From positions 34,855 to 98,854 of the forward strand of contig CANQDU010000003.1 of the NCBI GenBank assembly GCA_947593925.1: a stretch of DNA of 64,000 nucleotides, in the 5' to 3' direction. Within the stretch, counting starts at the first letter, position 1. Each line of letters opens with the position of its first letter. The notes under the pieces were generated by a model that saw only the letters and a program-made list of their open reading frames with translations, ran no database searches and was not told the DNA's origin. The position numbers and the translations under genes were made by a program. The DNA comes from an uncultured Clostridia bacterium (GTDB taxonomy: Bacteria; Bacillota; Clostridia; Oscillospirales; JAAYOS01). Shown here piece by piece: positions 19,901-28,842 of the stretch.

Positions 19901-20560
19901 GTCGATCTCGTCGTAGATCTCCTGCATCGTGTGGAAGTTGTCGTACGGGTTTATCTTGGTGTAAGCCGAGCCGAGATCCTTTCCGTCTACGGAAGCGGTG
20001 ACGTAGTACCAGCCGCAGATGTCGAGGTAGGCGCCGCCGTTGGAGTGCGGAGCGCTGGCGTCTTCGTAGCTCTCACCGGTGTACCAGTCCCTCGCCCAGA
20101 AGTAGATGCTGTTCGAGAACGTGAGGACGATGTTCACCTTGCCGTCCTCGGTGGTCTCGACCGTGGTGTCTATCTTCGTGAAGAGCGGCTCGTCGTTCTG
20201 GTTGAGCCAGCTGCTTATCTCGCCGCCCTCGGTGTGGTGGGGATAGAGCTTGGTGTCGAGATAGCCGGCGTCCTCGTCATAGTCGAGGGTCCAGACGACG
20301 TCGTCCGCTATCGCCTCCGCCTCCTCCGCGGTCATGTCGACCGGGATGGTGACTTTGAATGTCCTCTCGGCGGTGAGGCTTATCCAGTCCTCGCCGTCAT
20401 CGGATGTATTGGTGAAGCTGCCGGTGTATGCCGGCGCGGCCGCTGTGGCGGTAGTCCCCGCGGCTGCGGATGCGTTCGGAACGACGCATACCGACAGCAT
20501 GAGGGCGACCGCAAGCAGCAGAGCCGTGAGCTTCTTGGAGTGTGTCAGGGTCTTTGCCAT
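16913..20560 (-). CDS. Secreted M14 zinc metallopeptidase with C-terminal SLH domains
   Basis: Signal peptide; HxxE 'NIHSNE', 'DLNRD', 'EFHG'; SLH repeats 'VLGYPNGSFSAKTFVTREE' and 'GYVKGTTATTLSPDSNIT'; ATG at 20560 after GAAGGTGAG. Confidence 0.85.
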   Translation of the reverse strand: MAKTLTHSKKLTALLLAVALMLSVCVVPNASAAAGTTATAAAPAYTGSFTNTSDDGEDWISLTAERTFKVTIPVDMTAEEAEAIADDVVWTLDYDEDAGYLDTKLYPHHTEGGEISSWLNQNDEPLFTKIDTTVETTEDGKVNIVLTFSNSIYFWARDWYTGESYEDASAPHSNGGAYLDICGWYYVTASVDGKDLGSAYTKINPYDNFHTMQEIYDEIDAIVDYAEENTDIYVHKDSMGMSAGQNGLESLDMPYLIIAKSKAATEKWLKIAEQAETDPQSLLDDIKDGSIGSYQVPVLYSNIHSNEVAASDGVLGFAWMLVKNAAVDTPIDYKVLTGFTAEGEAELADQLGPVGEAGSVAVPELIKDKATYLGYIRAEKDGYSEKVDLEKYYTVENKDVSTEELLEDVFFIIVPEENVEGRTYVTRTSSGGYDLNRDNSFQTQAETQNMTKLIAAWNPVSFAEFHGRIEQFQVEPCDPPHEPNFEYDLLADHLVTGGEALGIGAVANNDAHNSYVTPQRDYLIYTGEKNADGTYKTEWYDPWDDMSTSYTPQYSMLHGTVAYTVEVPAYDDYMATALPYGMLNQSVFIAGEKESYLTDQVTAYLRGVTNANSDEEVGQWLTDRFDTTGAEADIFRPEYTGEGENGNFFPEAYIIPLDGTNQKNLQDAAEMIDYLIRNDVKVMKASSSFTFNGITYPAGTAVVSMYQAKRSVANGVLYNGTVITEWPQLYSEGITAFNHTRGFDMETVTKKADYTEIAKVCAVSTDWDVKSSFIGDKDATIVLLNTSEDAAKAVNTLLNAGKTVKLITEGKYDGSFIISYADYESVSEDLTVSAVSVATEPASKTINAAPVIYITGKPGDNSTGFVKTSLVGSYGYNYDRETMALLGFTTTDDPTKADVIIGASAPDAAALAAIKSGVPYIGYSSGVASAVAGLFSSGAVVRNTVSRSAMDALAHVTYPEKDSPVTATYIAEGDDIMYGYGAGYFASIPAGAKTLVKLDGSQKLLEGFLPSDGAHYADFLNDSIQAFSYEGKGADGSDLDIAVFANTLTNKVHQRDEFTFIVNFAFDAMTSDPTDKVTRGEAVEAIWEANGSEKTTSASTFTDAATYGWVTDAVNWAAAENIVLGYPNGSFSAKTFVTREEFVTMLWRANGGKEADKAALDVFTDATDVHSYAKDAMAWAVSEGYVKGTTATTLSPDSNITFEQVQTILARIDAE

Positions 20561-20646
20561 TTGGTTCTCACCTTCGCCTTTCTTTTTTTGCGGCGCACAC
20601 ATTCATTTTCAGAATGTTTATTCATGCGCCGTTAATAAACATACAT

Positions 20647-20675
20647 ATACTAGCACCCGAACCCGCCTTTGTCAA
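20647..20675 (-). promoter_or_regulatory. Sigma-A promoter of the SLH-M14 peptidase
   Basis: Minus strand TTGACA-17bp-TAGTAT with extended TG. Confidence 0.65.
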
Positions 20676-20727
20676 CAGCTTTTTCACGAAAAATCAATAA
20701 ACTTTCAAAAGTTGTAGCAATGCCACA

Positions 20728-20756
20728 AAAAGGCTCCGCACACTGCGGAGCCTTTT
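20728..20756. terminator. Bidirectional-type terminator downstream of the VOC gene
   Basis: AAAAGGCTCCGCA-cac-TGCGGAGCCTTTT. Confidence 0.8.
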
Positions 20757-20937
20757 GGCGGTTCTTCCTATTCTGTTCGGAACGTATCCGCATACATTAT
20801 ACATAATGTATGCATATACTGAATATTTCTCTCTGTGCGGCGGCGAGAACGATTGCCGGCTCTGTCTGCCATTATTTCCTTCCTGCGTTTCCGGAGCAGC
20901 CAAGCACGGCAGTGAAACTTCGCCGTCAAACGGGAGC

Positions 20938-21290
20938 CTAACTGTTTTTCGGAAAGCTTCCGAAGAAAATCACGTTATTGTCGGGGTCGAAAAGCTCATG
21001 CTTACCGCGCCCCAAGGCCGCTTTACGGGTTTTTCGATGATTTTCGCCCCAAAAGCCGGCAGCTTCTCGTATTCCCTTTCAACGTCATCGACGGTAAACG
21101 CCAGACATATATTCCGGTTCCGATCGTTCTTTGTCGAGCCGTCGTTATATATTGTAAGCGCGGTCTCCTCGGTGATGAGAAACTGATGTATCTCGTCCTC
21201 GCTGCCGTTTTCAATTCCGAGCAGCTGCTTATAAAAAGCCGCAAGTCTCGGCACATCGTTTGTACACAAACACACTTCGCCGATCTTCAT
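20938..21290 (-). pseudogene. VOC/glyoxalase-family gene with an apparent 1-bp frameshift near the 3' end
   Basis: ORF 21290-20970 carries VOC motifs ('LAFTVDDVE', 'PVKRPWG') but ends 'SFSTPTIT'; one extra T in the T4 run (20990-20993) restores 'SFFDPDNNVIFFGSFPKNS*'. Confidence 0.7.
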
Positions 21291-21318
21291 AAAAACCTCC
21301 CTATTTGTTCTATGTACG

Positions 21319-21879
21319 TTATCCGAGCACGCCCAGATGCTCGAGCAGTATCTTCACTCCCATGAGAATGAGGACTATTCCGCCCACAAGCTCCGCCTTG
21401 GACTTGTACCTCGCGCCGAAGATGTTGCCTATCTTGACGCCCGCCGCGCTGAACGCGAAGGTCGTCACGCCGATGAGCACCGCCGCCGGAACTATGCTCA
21501 CCTTCAGGAACGCAAACGTCACGCCGACGGCGAGCGCGTCTATGCTCGTCGCGACGGCGAGCGGCAGCATCGCCTTCGGCGAGAAGGAGCGGTCGAGCTC
21601 CTCCGCCTCCCCGCGCGACTCGCGGATCATGTTTATTCCGATTATCGTGAGCAGCACGAACGCTATCCAGTGATCGATCTGCTCTATCGCGCCGCTGAGC
21701 CAGCTTCCGAGCAGGAAGCCTATCACCGGCATCAGCGCCTGAAATCCGCCGAAGTACAGCCCGGTGACGACGAGGTACTTAGGCCGCGCGCGGTCAACCG
21801 ACAGTCCCTTACAGACGGACACGGCAAAGGCGTCCATCGACAGACCCACAGCTATGAAGAAAAGCTCCAATATTCCCAT
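21319..21879 (-). CDS. mntP: Manganese efflux pump MntP/YebN family
   Basis: '[12 protein letters not shown]', '[10 protein letters not shown]'; 186 aa hydrophobic protein. Confidence 0.92.
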   Translation of the reverse strand: MGILELFFIAVGLSMDAFAVSVCKGLSVDRARPKYLVVTGLYFGGFQALMPVIGFLLGSWLSGAIEQIDHWIAFVLLTIIGINMIRESRGEAEELDRSFSPKAMLPLAVATSIDALAVGVTFAFLKVSIVPAAVLIGVTTFAFSAAGVKIGNIFGARYKSKAELVGGIVLILMGVKILLEHLGVLG

Positions 21880-21972
21880 TTCTCATGCTCCCAATGCGGC
21901 GTCGGGTTCTTCGGAGCCCGGCGGCGTTTTTCTCATGCAAACGTTCTGACGGACGGCGGCGTTCTCCGCGCG

Positions 21973-23202
21973 TCATATCACCTGAAATATGTAGAACTTC
22001 AGATACTCGGTCTCGGGGACGTTCCAGAGTATCGGATGGTCCGGCGCCTGCTTGCGGACCGCTATCTCCTTGAGCTCGCGGTCGGAGTCGCCCGCGGCGG
22101 CGCGCAGCATCCTCTCAAACTCCGCGGACGGCATGAAGTGCGAGCAGGAGGCCGTCGCGAGCAGTCCTCCCCTCGGAAGCAGCGACATGGCGCGGCGGTT
22201 TATCTCGCGGTACCCGCGGAACGCGCTCTCCGCCGTCGCGCGGGACTTCGTGAACGCCGGCGGGTCGAGGATGATGAAGTCGTAAGCGCGCCCGCCCTTC
22301 TCCGCCATCTCGGTGAGGAGCTCGAACACGTCCGCGCAGACGAAGTCCACCTTATCCGAAAGTCCGTTGCGCGCGGCGTTCTCCCGCGCCATGGCTATGG
22401 CGCTCTCCGAGATATCGACCGCCGTCACATGCTCCGCGTCGCCCTTCGCCGCGTTCAGCGCGAACGACCCGGTGTGCGTGAAGCAGTCGAGCACGCGCCG
22501 ACCTCTCGCGAGTCCGGCGACGGCGCGGCGGTTGTACTTCTGGTCGAGGAAGAAGCCGGTCTTCTGACCGTTCTCGACGTCTACCTTATAAAATACTCCG
22601 TTTTCGCATATCTCGGTGACGGCGCTCGCGGGCGGAGCCTCGCCCTCGAGCGGGAACCACCCCTTGTACCTCGGAAGTCCTTCGAGCGAGCGAGCCGCGA
22701 GGTCGTTCCTCTCGTATATGCCCGAGACGTTATGACCGTCCGCGCGGAGTGTCCGCACGATGAGCGGGAAAACGACGCTTTTCAGCCGCTCCATGCCGAC
22801 CGACGCGGTCTCGGCTGCGAGAATGTCCGAGAATTTGTCCACCGTGAGGCCGGGGAACCCGTCCGACTCGCCGAATATGACGCGGCAGCACCCGAGGTCG
22901 TCCGGCACGACCGCCTTGCGGTACTCCCACGCATAGCGGACGCGGCGCTGCCAGAACGCCTCGTCAAAGCGGTCATTCGCGTTGCGGGATATGAGCCGCA
23001 GGCGTATCTTGCTCTCGCGGCTGACAAATCCGGTACCGATGTAGCGACCCTTCTCGCTCACGGCGTCCGCAAGGCAGCCGTTCTCGTACTCCTCCGGCTC
23101 GCTCACTACGTCCGAAGCGTAGAGCCACGGGTGCCCGGTCTGAGCCCAGCGCACGCCCTTCTGCGATATTACAAATCTCGGGTAGTCTCTCTCGGCCTTC
23201 AT
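21973..23202 (-). CDS. RlmI/YwbD-like class I SAM-dependent rRNA methyltransferase
   Basis: PUA 'GHPWLY', 'GESDGFPGLTVD', 'GQKTGFFLDQ', 'ILDPPAF', 'ASCSH'. Confidence 0.9.
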   Translation of the reverse strand: MKAERDYPRFVISQKGVRWAQTGHPWLYASDVVSEPEEYENGCLADAVSEKGRYIGTGFVSRESKIRLRLISRNANDRFDEAFWQRRVRYAWEYRKAVVPDDLGCCRVIFGESDGFPGLTVDKFSDILAAETASVGMERLKSVVFPLIVRTLRADGHNVSGIYERNDLAARSLEGLPRYKGWFPLEGEAPPASAVTEICENGVFYKVDVENGQKTGFFLDQKYNRRAVAGLARGRRVLDCFTHTGSFALNAAKGDAEHVTAVDISESAIAMARENAARNGLSDKVDFVCADVFELLTEMAEKGGRAYDFIILDPPAFTKSRATAESAFRGYREINRRAMSLLPRGGLLATASCSHFMPSAEFERMLRAAAGDSDRELKEIAVRKQAPDHPILWNVPETEYLKFYIFQVI

Positions 23203-23458
23203 GTTCCCCTCCGAATTTACATACGGTGCATGCGGCTATTGTACCATACCGGCGCGGTATTTTCAATATCCGCGCAAAAAGAGCCTCCGGAGGAAGGATA
23301 CCGCCGGAGGTTCACGCTCTTTTCGTCAAATCGCAGGTCAATATACGAAAAAAGCGGCTGAGACAGCAGGAATATTTGTCTTCATATGTTGCCGCCGCGC
23401 CTTTTTTGTGATACTATTCATATCAGCAGGACACAACTTCATAAAAAGGAGCTTATAT

Positions 23459-24010
23459 ATGGAGTACAAAATGAAAATTGCGGGGCTGGAGCGCAGCCTG
23501 CCCCTCTGCCCCATCTCGGACGAGCTGAATATCGGCGCGTTCATCATTTTCGGCGACGTCGAGCTGACCGTCGCCGCATCCGCCGAGCTGCTGAAGCTCG
23601 CCCCGGAGCACGACATACTGATAACCGCCGAGTCGAAGGGCATACCGCTCGTCTACGAGATGGCACGTCAGGCGGGCGAGGGATACATCATCGCGCGCAA
23701 GTCGGCAAAGCTCTATATGCGCGACCCGTTCTCGGTCCGCGTCAAGTCTATAACCACCGCCGGAGTCCAGACCCTCTACCTCGACGGCAACGACAAGGCG
23801 CGCATGGATGGCAAGCGCGTCATCATCGTCGATGACGTCATCTCGACCGGCGAATCCCTCCGCGCCCTCGAGGAGCTTGTGACGCAGGCGGGCGGAAACA
23901 TCGTCGCGCGGATGGCGGTACTCGCCGAGGGTGAAGCGGCGGAGCGCAAGGACATCACCTACCTCGAACATCTGCCGCTCTTCGACAAGGACGGCCGTCC
24001 CCTCGACTGA
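23459..24010 (+). CDS. Purine (adenine-type) phosphoribosyltransferase family protein
   Basis: 'TAESKGIPL', 'IARKS', PRPP motif 'VIIVDDVISTGESL'; AAAAGGAG RBS before ATG at 23459. Confidence 0.85.
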   Translation: MEYKMKIAGLERSLPLCPISDELNIGAFIIFGDVELTVAASAELLKLAPEHDILITAESKGIPLVYEMARQAGEGYIIARKSAKLYMRDPFSVRVKSITTAGVQTLYLDGNDKARMDGKRVIIVDDVISTGESLRALEELVTQAGGNIVARMAVLAEGEAAERKDITYLEHLPLFDKDGRPLD

Positions 24011-24099
24011 GCGCTGTCTTTCCGTCCCGACTGTGCGTAAAGCGTTTTGCTTTCCACTTGTTTGAAATATCCTCACTGATGTAAAGTGTTTTAATTTAC

Positions 24100-24138
24100 A
24101 AGCCCGCCGTTGAAATCGGAGATTTCAACGGCGGGCTT
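24100..24138. terminator. Long perfect terminator hairpin
   Basis: AAGCCCGCCGTTGAAATC-gga-GATTTCAACGGCGGGCTT followed by TGTTT. Confidence 0.8.
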
Positions 24139-24141
24139 TGT

Positions 24142-24537
24142 TTATCAAATGCCTCGCAGAGTTTAATCCGTTTTTTCCGGCGGCGTGTACGTCGGAAAAA
24201 ACTCTTTGCGCGTAGCGTGCGTCGATTTTCCGCCGAAGGCGATTCCGCGCCGGTTCGCGCGGTTGAAGTTGCTTGCCGCAGGCAAGCAACTTCGCGCAGG
24301 CGGAATTCATTTCCGCCGAGCATTTCAATCGGAAGGGCTCCCAAACGGTCTACTGACCGTTTGGGAATTGCGTCGATTTTCCGCCGAAGGCGGAAAACTC
24401 GGCGCGTAGCGGAGCGCTTACTGTCGGTAGGGCTTCGCCCTATCCGACAGTTTCACTTGGAATTGCGCTTGCGCAATTCCAAGTGAACTTCTCGCGGCAA
24501 ATTGGTAAGCGGGCGTAGCGAGCGCGATTTGCCGCGA
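24142..24537. repeat. Multi-hairpin intergenic repeat, family 1 copy A (homologous to 63339-63578)
   Basis: Blocks GCCTCGCAGAGTTT, CGGCGGCGTGTACGTCG, AGCGTGCGTCGATTTTCCGCC, GGAAAACTCGGCGCGTAGCGGAGCGC and AAATTGGTAAG occur in the same order as in the 63.4 kb copy; at least 8 hairpins. Confidence 0.85.
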
Positions 24538-24540
24538 CTG

Positions 24541-27500
24541 CTAGAATAGTGATACCTGGTTGCTCTCCGGCAGGCTGTCGAGCGCGCCGCAGCTTTGCAG
24601 CAGATCCACCACCGCCTTGGATACCTTCGGGCAGCGGACTTCGAGATCTTCCACCGAGATGAACTCGCCGTTTTTGCGTTCCTCCGTTATCTCGCGCGCC
24701 GCCTGTTCGCCGAGTCCTGGAAGCGCGGTGAACGGGAGCAGCAGTGTCTTCTCTCCCACCTCGATAAACTTCGTCGCGTCCGAGCGGTAGAGGTCGATCT
24801 TTGCCATATCCAGCCCGCGCAGATAGAACTCGTAGACGACCTCGAGCGTCGTCAGCAGATCCTCGTCGCGCGCGGTGAGGTTCTTTGCCTCGCGCAGCTC
24901 GAGTATCTTGCTCTTTACCCCTTCCAAACCGGAGGTCATTATGTTGGCGTCGAGCACCTTTGCGCGGATGGTGAAGTATGTGCAGTAGAAGTCGAGCGGG
25001 CGGTGGACCTTGTACCACGCTATGCGGAAGGCGCTGAGGACGTACGCGGCGGCGTGCGCCTTCGGGAAGAGGTACTTTATCTTCTTACAGCTCTCTATGT
25101 ACCACTCGGGAACGCCGTGCTCACGCATCTCGGCCTCCCACTCGGGCTTCACGCCCTTGCCCTTGCGGATGGCCTCGCTCATCGAGAAGGCCTGCTTATT
25201 CGCTATCCCCTTGCTCATGAGGAATATCGTGATGTCGTCCCGCGCGCCGACGACCTCCTTCAGTGTCGCCAGTCCCTGCTCGATGTAGTCCTTCGCGTTG
25301 TCGAGCCAGACGTTCGTGCCGTGGCTCAGGCCGGATATGCGGAGCAGCTCGTCAAAGGTCTTGGGGTTCGTATCCTCGAGCATGCCGCGAACGAAGCTCG
25401 TGCCGAACTCCGGGACGGCCACCGTCCCGCGCCCGCCGAGTATCGGGTCATCGGTAAAGCCCAAAGCCTCGGTCGAGAGGAAGATGCTCATGGTGTCCTT
25501 GTCGTCGAGCGGGACGAGGCGCGGATCCATACCGGAGAGGTCCTGGAGCATCCTGATTATCGTCGGATCGTCGTGACCGAGCTCGTCGAGCTTCAGCAGG
25601 TTCTCCTCTATCGAGTGATAGTCGAAGTGAGTGGTGATGATGTTGCTCTCGCTCTTGTCGGCGGGGTGCTGTATCGGCGTAAACTCGCAGATGTTGTGGC
25701 CGCGCGGCACGACGATAAGTCCGCCGGGGTGCTGCCCCGTCGTCTTGCGGACGCCGACTATGCCCTGCGCGAGGCGGTTCTCCTCCGCGCGGGTGAGCGT
25801 CAGCTCGTGCTCCTCGGCGTATTTCCTGACGTAGCCTATCGCGTTCTTCTCCGCTATGGTGCCTATCGTGCCCGCGCGGAAGACCTGTCCCTCGCCGAAG
25901 AGCTCTATCGTGTACTGGTGCGCGCGGGACTGGTACTCGCTCGAGAAGTTGAGGTCTATATCCGGCTTCTTGTCCCCCTCGAAGCCGAGGAAGGTCGCAA
26001 ACAGTATGTCGAAGCCGTCCTTCTCGTAGTCCGCGCCGCAGACGGGGCACTTCTTGTCCGGCAGGTCCGGACCTGTCGGCGCAGCGTCCGAGAACTCGTG
26101 GTGCTTGCACTTGGGGCAGCGGTAGTGCGGCGGGAGTGCGTTCACCTCGGTGATGTCCGAGAGGAACGCGACTATCGACGAGCCGACGGAGCCGCGCGAG
26201 CCGACGAGGTACCCGTCCTCGAGCGACTTTGCGACGAGCTTCTGCGCTATCATGTATATGACGTCGAAGCCGTGGCCGACTATCGACTTCATCTCGGTCT
26301 CGACCCGCTCGCGTATCAGCGGGTGGACATCCTTGCCGTAGAGGCGTTCGAGCTTGCTTTCGACAAGCGAACGCAGATCCTCCGCCGAGTTCTCTATCTT
26401 CGGCTCGAAGGTTCCGTGCCTGACCGGCCGCACGAGCTCGCACATGTCGGCTATGCGGTTCGGGTTAGTTATGACGACCTCTCGCGCCTTCTCCTCGCCA
26501 AGGTACATGAACTCCTCGAGCATCTCCTCCGTCGTGCGGAAGAAGAGCGGCGCCTGCTGTTCGCCGTCCGCAAAGCCGCTCATCAGCACGCGGCGGTATA
26601 TCTCGTCCTCCGGCTCCATAAAGTGTACGTCGCAGGTCGCGACGACCGGCTTTCCGAGCTTTTCGCCGAGCTCGACTATCCTGCGGTTGAAGTCCCGCAG
26701 CTCCTCCACGTCCTTCACGCGCCCCTCGCGCAGGAGGAACATATTGTTGCCTATCGGCTGTATCTCAAGGTAGTCGTAGTAGTCGGCTATGCGCAGGAGC
26801 TCGCTCTCCGGCGCTCCGTCTACCATTGCGCGGAAGAGCTCGCCCGCCTCGCACGCGGAGCCGACGAGCAGTCCCTCGCGGCGGCGGTCAAGCTCGGTGC
26901 GCGGCACGAGCGGGTTCCGCTTGTAGTGCTCGAGAAATCCCGCGCTTATCAGGTCGTAGAGGTTGCGAAGACCCGTCTCGTTCCTCGCGAGAAGTATCAT
27001 GTGGTTCGAGCGCCCGGTGAGGACGTTCGAGCCGACGTTTTCCGCGAGGTACCCGTTTATGCCGGAGATGTCGTTCACTCCGGCGGCGGTGAGCCGCGCG
27101 AAGAAGTCGAAAAGTATGTACGCGACCGCCGCCGCGTCGTCCGAGGCGCGGTGGTGGCGGAACTCCGGCACCTTCGTCTCGAGCGAGACGGTGTGAAGGT
27201 CGAACTTCGTCAGCGTCGGCAGCAGTCCGCGCGCCATGTTCCGCGAGTCTATGAACGTCGGCTCGAACGGTATGCCGAGCTCGCGGCAGGCGGCGGAGAT
27301 GAAGCCGACGTCGAACGTGGCGTTGTGCGCCGCGAGCACGCTCTCGCCCGCAAACTCGAGAAATCCGCGTATCGCCGTCTCGATACCGGGCGCGCCGCGC
27401 AGCATCTCGTCGGTGATGCCGGTGAGCTCGACTATCTTCTGCGGCAGCGGACGCCCGGGCGCGGCAAAGGTATTGAACCTGTCCACTATCTCGCCCGAGC

Positions 27501-28842
27501 GGAAGCGCACCGCGCCTATCTCGATTATCCTGTCGCTCGCGGCGGAGAGGCCGGTCGTCTCTATGTCAAACGCGACAAACTCCCCCGAGATCGGCGCGGA
27601 CTTGTCTCCGTACACCGAGCGGACGCGCTCGATGTCGTTGACGAAGTAGCACTCGGTGCCGTAGAGCACCTTAAACTCGTCGCCCTTCTCGCGGCCCTTG
27701 TTTATCTTCTCCTGCGCCATCATCGCGTCCGGGAAGGCGTGGACGACGCCGTGGTCGGTTATCGCGACGGCGCGGTGTCCCCACGCGGCGGCGCGGCGGA
27801 CGGCGTCGGCCGCGCCGACCGTCGCGTCCATGGCGCTCATCTTGGTGTGAAGATGCAGCTCGACGCGCTTCTCCGGCGCGTTGTCCCGCCGTCCCTCCGG
27901 CGGGTCTATTTTCCATATCGTGTCCGGGTCTATGACTGCGCACTTGTCAAACTCGTTGTAGACCATCCTGCCGCTCACCGCAAGCCACAGCCCGGGGTAT
28001 ATCTTATTCAGGATCTCCGCCGTGGGAGCGTTCGCGTCGCGGCGGAAACGCTCGTTCTGCCCGTCCCCGTCGTCCTCGCGCGCCGGGCGGAACGCCCGCG
28101 ACACGCGCACGGCGCCGGTGTCGTCCGCGATATCGAACTTCATCACGCAGGAACCCATGCGGGTCTTTTCTATGTGCTCGGTCCATATGACCTTGCCGTG
28201 CACGGTCTGGCGGCCCGAATCGACCGTCATCTCGTTCATCGGAATATATCCCTCGCCGCCGACGCGCCTGCCGTATATCAGAGGCGACTCGGCGCTCGCC
28301 GCGAGGTTTTTCATCTCCGCCGCCGCCTGCTTTTCAAGCGTCTGTATCGTCTCGGCGCGGCGCTTTTCCGCCTCCTCGGCAGAGCCGTTGTCCTTTGAGG
28401 CAAAGCACACCTCCGCCTCACATCCGAAGCTGTCCTTCAGCGCCGCGCGGAGCTCGTCCGCCCACGACCCGAGCATATCCCCGCCGCCGTGTTCGAGGCG
28501 GAAGGTGACCTCTCCCCGCTTCACCTCGAGCTCGCTCCCGCGCAGAAGGTTCTGCGCGGCGGCGCGTCCCTCGAGAAGCTCCTCCACCGTCCCGCGCACC
28601 GCGTCCTCCGAGAGCATGTCCGGGCTGTACCGCGCGGAAATATTCACCTCGCCGAGGTCGAACATACCCCTGAGACTCTCGGCGAGGCGCTTCTTCTGCG
28701 CCGCCGGGATATACGCCTTCGGGCGCAGCTCCACCGTCATGCTGCGCTCGCTTCTGTTTACCGAGACGCTCTCCACCTGAGCGTCCCAGAGCCCCGCGCC
28801 GTCGCAGGCGGGAAACATCTCTTCAAGTAAGTAGCTGGTCAT
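24541..28842 (-). CDS. polC: DNA polymerase III alpha subunit, Gram-positive PolC type
   Basis: PHP 'ELHLHTKMS', inserted DEDDh exonuclease 'FDIETTG', 'GSRGSVGSS', 'KPDIDLNFS', 'YLFPKAHA'; clamp-binding 'QVSLF'. Confidence 0.97.
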   Translation of the reverse strand: MTSYLLEEMFPACDGAGLWDAQVESVSVNRSERSMTVELRPKAYIPAAQKKRLAESLRGMFDLGEVNISARYSPDMLSEDAVRGTVEELLEGRAAAQNLLRGSELEVKRGEVTFRLEHGGGDMLGSWADELRAALKDSFGCEAEVCFASKDNGSAEEAEKRRAETIQTLEKQAAAEMKNLAASAESPLIYGRRVGGEGYIPMNEMTVDSGRQTVHGKVIWTEHIEKTRMGSCVMKFDIADDTGAVRVSRAFRPAREDDGDGQNERFRRDANAPTAEILNKIYPGLWLAVSGRMVYNEFDKCAVIDPDTIWKIDPPEGRRDNAPEKRVELHLHTKMSAMDATVGAADAVRRAAAWGHRAVAITDHGVVHAFPDAMMAQEKINKGREKGDEFKVLYGTECYFVNDIERVRSVYGDKSAPISGEFVAFDIETTGLSAASDRIIEIGAVRFRSGEIVDRFNTFAAPGRPLPQKIVELTGITDEMLRGAPGIETAIRGFLEFAGESVLAAHNATFDVGFISAACRELGIPFEPTFIDSRNMARGLLPTLTKFDLHTVSLETKVPEFRHHRASDDAAAVAYILFDFFARLTAAGVNDISGINGYLAENVGSNVLTGRSNHMILLARNETGLRNLYDLISAGFLEHYKRNPLVPRTELDRRREGLLVGSACEAGELFRAMVDGAPESELLRIADYYDYLEIQPIGNNMFLLREGRVKDVEELRDFNRRIVELGEKLGKPVVATCDVHFMEPEDEIYRRVLMSGFADGEQQAPLFFRTTEEMLEEFMYLGEEKAREVVITNPNRIADMCELVRPVRHGTFEPKIENSAEDLRSLVESKLERLYGKDVHPLIRERVETEMKSIVGHGFDVIYMIAQKLVAKSLEDGYLVGSRGSVGSSIVAFLSDITEVNALPPHYRCPKCKHHEFSDAAPTGPDLPDKKCPVCGADYEKDGFDILFATFLGFEGDKKPDIDLNFSSEYQSRAHQYTIELFGEGQVFRAGTIGTIAEKNAIGYVRKYAEEHELTLTRAEENRLAQGIVGVRKTTGQHPGGLIVVPRGHNICEFTPIQHPADKSESNIITTHFDYHSIEENLLKLDELGHDDPTIIRMLQDLSGMDPRLVPLDDKDTMSIFLSTEALGFTDDPILGGRGTVAVPEFGTSFVRGMLEDTNPKTFDELLRISGLSHGTNVWLDNAKDYIEQGLATLKEVVGARDDITIFLMSKGIANKQAFSMSEAIRKGKGVKPEWEAEMREHGVPEWYIESCKKIKYLFPKAHAAAYVLSAFRIAWYKVHRPLDFYCTYFTIRAKVLDANIMTSGLEGVKSKILELREAKNLTARDEDLLTTLEVVYEFYLRGLDMAKIDLYRSDATKFIEVGEKTLLLPFTALPGLGEQAAREITEERKNGEFISVEDLEVRCPKVSKAVVDLLQSCGALDSLPESNQVSLF

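Noticed and set aside
21880-21972. yybP-ykoY Mn riboswitch upstream of mntP
   Set aside because: The 93-bp gap has only one simple hairpin and I could not identify the riboswitch core; an Rfam scan would settle it.
24218-24392. CRISPR array
   Set aside because: Only two 24-bp repeats with a 127-bp self-structured spacer, and no cas genes in the window.
24096-24486. Small ORFs over the repeat elements (also 41715-42744 and 63299-63668)
   Set aside because: They are translations of palindromic repeat DNA, without RBS or host codon bias; their mutual similarity reflects the DNA repeat.
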